DNA from: Elainellaceae cyanobacterium
GTDB taxonomy: Bacteria > Cyanobacteriota > Cyanobacteriia > CAZCXK01
Length of the DNA stretch: 21,239 bases
Reading direction: 5' to 3'
NCBI GenBank assembly: GCA_051117555.1
Contig: JBNPEG010000161.1
Coordinates: 1-21,239 of the forward strand
The translations under genes were made by a program, and so were the position numbers. Positions 18,701 through 21,239 of this stretch are shown in pieces. A model generated the notes under the pieces. That model made no database searches. It was not told where the DNA came from and saw only the letters and a list, made by a program, of their open reading frames with translations. Within the stretch, counting starts at the first letter, position 1; every line of letters begins with the position of its first letter.

Positions 18701-19569
18701 TGAATTGTTTGAATGATTTCGTCAAACGACACGCCGTCGACTTTGATGTGCCCAGTCGCATAGAGCAGGTCTTGAGGATGCCCCTCTAGCAGGTGCCATA
18801 GCGTTTCAGCCGCAGGAATTTCATCATCGGAAATCGATCGCCGCAGGTCTTGTTCCATGAGGGCGATCGCATCATTGAGCGACACCCCCCGCAGCGGCAT
18901 CGAGTTGCCCTCGCCCCAGAGATAGCGACGGGGCGATGCAAGCAAAAAGACGCAATCAGGCACCGCATTCATCAACGACTCTAAATCGTGGCGGTGTGAG
19001 TCGGTCGCTTCACCATCCCGATGCGGCTGATCGTCGAGCAAAATCAAGGCTCGTTTAGACTGTAGATAGTGACGAATCTGCTCAACAGTGGGCTTGTAGG
19101 CTGGGTCGCTGTCATAGAAAGCGTCAAACAGCGATTGCAGCCGATCTGGCGTCGTTTGATGGGGTGAATCCAGATGCACTGCCCCCGCAGCAAAGGACGC
19201 CGTCACCTGCGGCTGATATGCTAAGTGTCGCAGCAACACCGATTTGCCTAGCCCAGACGCACCGTAGAACTCAACCGACTGTCCTGATTCGATGCTGGCG
19301 ATCGCCTCGTTAATTTCATCGCGTCGCCCAACCAGGTGAAGAAACGGACGGGGAAGCAGCATAACAGGCAGAGGACGAGGCTGCGCCAGATCTTGGTCTG
19401 CCGTGTGAATATTAATCTCGCCGCCATGAATAGAGCCGATCTGGATGTTGTAGTGACCGACGATGAGATGATTATTGGCCCCAAGAGACTGCGTTCCGTT
19501 GTCGTGAACGGGATGAGACTGGCGATCGTCTTGAGTCATACGAGCATCATTTTGAATCTGGTGAGGCAT
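15784..19569 (-). CDS. Membrane-anchored STAND/NB-ARC-like ATPase with TPR, TM helix and seven cadherin/Ig-like (Big_9-type) repeats
   Basis: LVGRRDE, Walker A GASGLGKS (aa103-110), Walker B ALILLDD, GHP (GxP), TPR-like AWALHELG..YLSQALEIRERLGD, Pro-rich linker, TM about aa578-600, 7 repeats of about 92 aa with Y.P..GF.G.D.F.Y...ATVTVTV. Confidence 0.88.
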   Translation of the reverse strand: MPHQIQNDARMTQDDRQSHPVHDNGTQSLGANNHLIVGHYNIQIGSIHGGEINIHTADQDLAQPRPLPVMLLPRPFLHLVGRRDEINEAIASIESGQSVEFYGASGLGKSVLLRHLAYQPQVTASFAAGAVHLDSPHQTTPDRLQSLFDAFYDSDPAYKPTVEQIRHYLQSKRALILLDDQPHRDGEATDSHRHDLESLMNAVPDCVFLLASPRRYLWGEGNSMPLRGVSLNDAIALMEQDLRRSISDDEIPAAETLWHLLEGHPQDLLYATGHIKVDGVSFDEIIQTIQSSAPRKSLIQHIWSRLSKPQRLVLATLSAVPGIALLARWVAAMTHQSDLELDLASLVERNVVVSDGQRYGVHDSLSTVLAEGLNLDPARSQTLIQYTTWAEQTPLTADLVLEEADGLFYCLDWAVKSGRWIEALRLIKLIEPSLALSKRWGLWATALDWALLAGRSLSDSAIEAWALHELGSRALCLEDGDAAYTYLSQALEIRERLGDQVGAAVTRHNLNLVLLPVDAPDDPAPIDLPAPHLPDATESGELVPAEVVPPPSATQVISGMHWEDEAQPPPRKPAALRWFIFLLPLIIGGAIAGAVIWFTMARPQLGTTITANDDEMMIDDSSESFTPVEIDVLANDQTPVAGEFTLLEVSQPRHGTAFIENGTVFYGPEPGFSGIDQFTYLVEDSAGNRDRATVTVIVRPDQSENTAPEVANDTASTAYNTPTQIAVLENDRDPDGDELTVTLETPPENGAADVSRNGQIINYTPNTGFFGQDQLTYTVSDRQGGMATGTVTITVNPPQLSAADLTYETRYGTPTTLNVLAENPSPGRDRLSVSIAAEPQRGTATVNSNNTITYTPSEQFSGGSDRFQYRLTAPSGQTATGTVTIQMAAPRLTARDYQASTQINSPVQVNVLRDNPYPDPGNLVIRVENSPQNGTAQPANGSTIVYTPNENFAGRDRFTYQIRDNQGQSATGTVTVEVTSPAPTAPDYTLETGSGEAARLDLLRNNSYPNLDNLSVTISTPPQNGSVELTSSRVAIYQPRQGFSGRDRFQYTVRDPQGRTATGSVSVTVTASTPPSARNDQATTPYETRVSIDVLSNDQNPSGDRLTVSDATSPANGTATISGNSIIYTPNPGFSGQDSFQYTLSDALGRTDTATVTVTVDPPANRPPNAQDDQVTTPYFQPVSVNVLSNDDDPDGDRLTIIDLTAPQNGSATISGTAVVYSPNRGFSGQDSFRYTVSDGSQAATATITVIVQPDGNQGPI

Positions 19570-19878
19570 GACGTTGCTCTTGCAAAATTAGGGTCGCGGG
19601 TGATCCCCAATTGCCGTAGCCCCCACAGAGAAACCCGGATATTAAGAAATATGGTAAAGATCACCCTTTTGGCTATTTTCATCGTCTGACATCCCTGCTC
19701 CGGATAGTTTTGAAACTGTGCCACTTTATACAGTGTTCTAGAGCCATCTGGCTCCTGGTTGTGAACCATCGCCTCTCAATTTCAAAATTTCATGCAAAGT
19801 AAACCGTGCGTCTATTCCCTTGGGTAACTAAAGTTAAACTAAACGGAGTAAAACTCAGAAATCATTAAACAGTTCTCC

Positions 19879-20628
19879 ATGGTCAGGACAGGCACCGCTC
19901 AGTCCCAGCTTCCGCTTCATCTCACTATCTCCGAGAAGCTCCGCGAACAGATTTTTGATGGTCAGTATGCACCCGGTGAGCAGCTCCCCAGTGAACATCA
20001 GCTGATGGAGCACTTTGAGGTCAGCCGTATTACAGTGAGACGGGCGATCGCCAATTTAGTCAGTCAGGGGTTGGCGGTTGCTCAGCGAGGTCGCGGAGTA
20101 TTTGTCAAAGAACAGCAAAAAGTCAGGCGATCGCTCTCCAATCCGCTGATTTTTTTTGATGAGGATATTTCGCGGCAGGGTGTCATGCCATCGATTCGCA
20201 GCCTATCGTTTGCGACTGTTCCAGTACCTGCGGATGTGCGCCTCAAGCTGAAAATTGTTGATGCGGTCGAGAAGATTTATTGTCAGCGAAAAATCATTCT
20301 TACCGATCAAGTCCCCGTCGCGCTCGATATCACCTACATTCCGCTGGATATCGGCAACGCTTTCTCAAAGGCACTCCAATCGAGCTTGATTTATCCGACG
20401 CTTGACCAAAATGGGGTCTCCATTGAGCGCGTTGAAACGACCTTGGAATGCACCCATGCCACTCACCGAATCAGCGAACACCTTGAGATTCCGCTTGGGG
20501 CACCGCTCTTGGTCAATCGCTACACGACCTACACGACGCAAAATCGCCCAATCATCTGTGGTGAAACCCTGTCCCGAGGCGATCGGTTGAGCTATTCGGT
20601 CGTGCTGACCAAACACGGAACTCCTTAA
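19879..20628 (+). CDS. GntR family regulator, HutC/UTRA subfamily
   Basis: PGEQLPSEHQL..F.VSRITVRRAI..L...G....RGRGVFV wHTH; C-terminal UTRA-like SLIYPTL, LEIPLGAPLL, RGDR. Confidence 0.92.
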   Translation: MVRTGTAQSQLPLHLTISEKLREQIFDGQYAPGEQLPSEHQLMEHFEVSRITVRRAIANLVSQGLAVAQRGRGVFVKEQQKVRRSLSNPLIFFDEDISRQGVMPSIRSLSFATVPVPADVRLKLKIVDAVEKIYCQRKIILTDQVPVALDITYIPLDIGNAFSKALQSSLIYPTLDQNGVSIERVETTLECTHATHRISEHLEIPLGAPLLVNRYTTYTTQNRPIICGETLSRGDRLSYSVVLTKHGTP

Positions 20629-20695
20629 TTGAATCAACGAATGACGCTACGCTTGATGTGATAGGTTTCCCGATTTCGCAACCATTCATCCTGTG

Positions 20696-21163
20696 ATGTC
20701 AGATCCGTCTGCGTTGCCAAACTCATGCCAACTCCGACCTGCCTGCGTCGATGATAGTTGGCAGATTCGCAAGCTTGTGTTGTTTGCTAAGCTCGACCCG
20801 ACTCAACTTCGCTGGTCGCAGTTTTGGGTGATTGAATGCGACCAAACTGTCGTTGCCTGTGGTCAACTCCGTAGTTTTGAGAATGCCCAAGAGTTAGGAA
20901 GCTTAGTGGTATCTCGGTCTTGGCGCGGCAAGGGATTCGGACGGTTGCTCACGCAGCATTTGATCGACATCGCCACCCAACCGCTTTATTTAGAATGTCT
21001 GGGCGATCGCCTCTTTCGGTTTTATGCTCAATTTGGCTTTGTGCTCGTCAACTGGGACGATCTGCCCGATTCGCTCAAACGCAAATTTGGTCTGTCAAAA
21101 CTGGCGACTCGGATATTTCGCATTCCGCTGCACATCATGGCCTATGAACCCTCGCTGAAATGA
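20696..21163 (+). CDS. GNAT family N-acetyltransferase
   Basis: ELGSLVVSRSWRGKGFG acetyl-CoA motif A, FYAQFGF motif B; start ATG 20696 or GTG 20693. Confidence 0.88.
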   Translation: MSDPSALPNSCQLRPACVDDSWQIRKLVLFAKLDPTQLRWSQFWVIECDQTVVACGQLRSFENAQELGSLVVSRSWRGKGFGRLLTQHLIDIATQPLYLECLGDRLFRFYAQFGFVLVNWDDLPDSLKRKFGLSKLATRIFRIPLHIMAYEPSLK

Positions 21164-21239
21164 GAGCGATCGCTGAGGATAACCTAACTCACCCCATCGA
21201 GAATGGTTAAACCGATGCTGATTTAGGCTCGGCGATCGC

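Larger units (their letters stand above)
999..21239. repeat. Dispersed HIP1 octamers GCGATCGC
   Basis: Roughly 40 copies by eye, e.g. 999, 1839, 2991, 4636, 8831, 13191, 13531, 15151, 18201, 21232. Confidence 0.95.

Noticed and set aside
15946..19689. Several 60-170 aa ORFs overlapping the STAND gene on either strand
   Set aside because: Shadow ORFs of a GC-rich gene with no family features.
19536..19769. 77-aa minus-strand ORF upstream of the STAND gene as a possible third component
   Set aside because: No recognisable motif, no copy of the shared amyloid-like motif, overlaps the STAND start and occupies the likely promoter region.
1..21239. CRISPR array, tRNA, rRNA, transposase or integrase genes
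   Set aside because: No regularly spaced repeat-spacer units, cloverleaf or rRNA signatures, or recombinase ORFs seen.

Overview
Cyanobacterial chromosomal window, judged from about 40 HIP1 GCGATCGC octamers (counted by eye), ndhS, psb29 and a heptamer STRR. The left half is housekeeping: ndhS, rodA, mrp/apbC, an SRPBCC protein, hemF, a STAS protein, psb29, a PanE-like reductase, cobalamin riboswitch-cobW-DUF4346 and a membrane-anchored helical-repeat protein. The right half is accessory: araC-[MITE/REP/STRR]-azlC-azlD-panB-like, a minus-strand two-gene locus, GntR and a GNAT. The best candidate for an undescribed system is the two-gene locus. It encodes a 1261-aa NB-ARC/STAND-like ATPase with a short TPR region, one transmembrane helix and seven cadherin/Ig-like repeats, followed by a 158-aa helical protein. 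Both begin with a matching RHIM-like N/Q/G-rich motif (NNHLIVGHYNIQIGSIHG vs NNRVAVGSHNMQIDNVHG), suggesting a transmembrane NLR-like receptor that signals to an effector by amyloid templating. Also noted: a duplicated operator/-10 motif, one copy inside the araC 3' coding end; a CTAG-flanked MITE carrying a GTAG REP; and a B12 riboswitch whose sequestered RBS faces only a 13-codon ORF. All calls come from motif recognition only; no searches were run.
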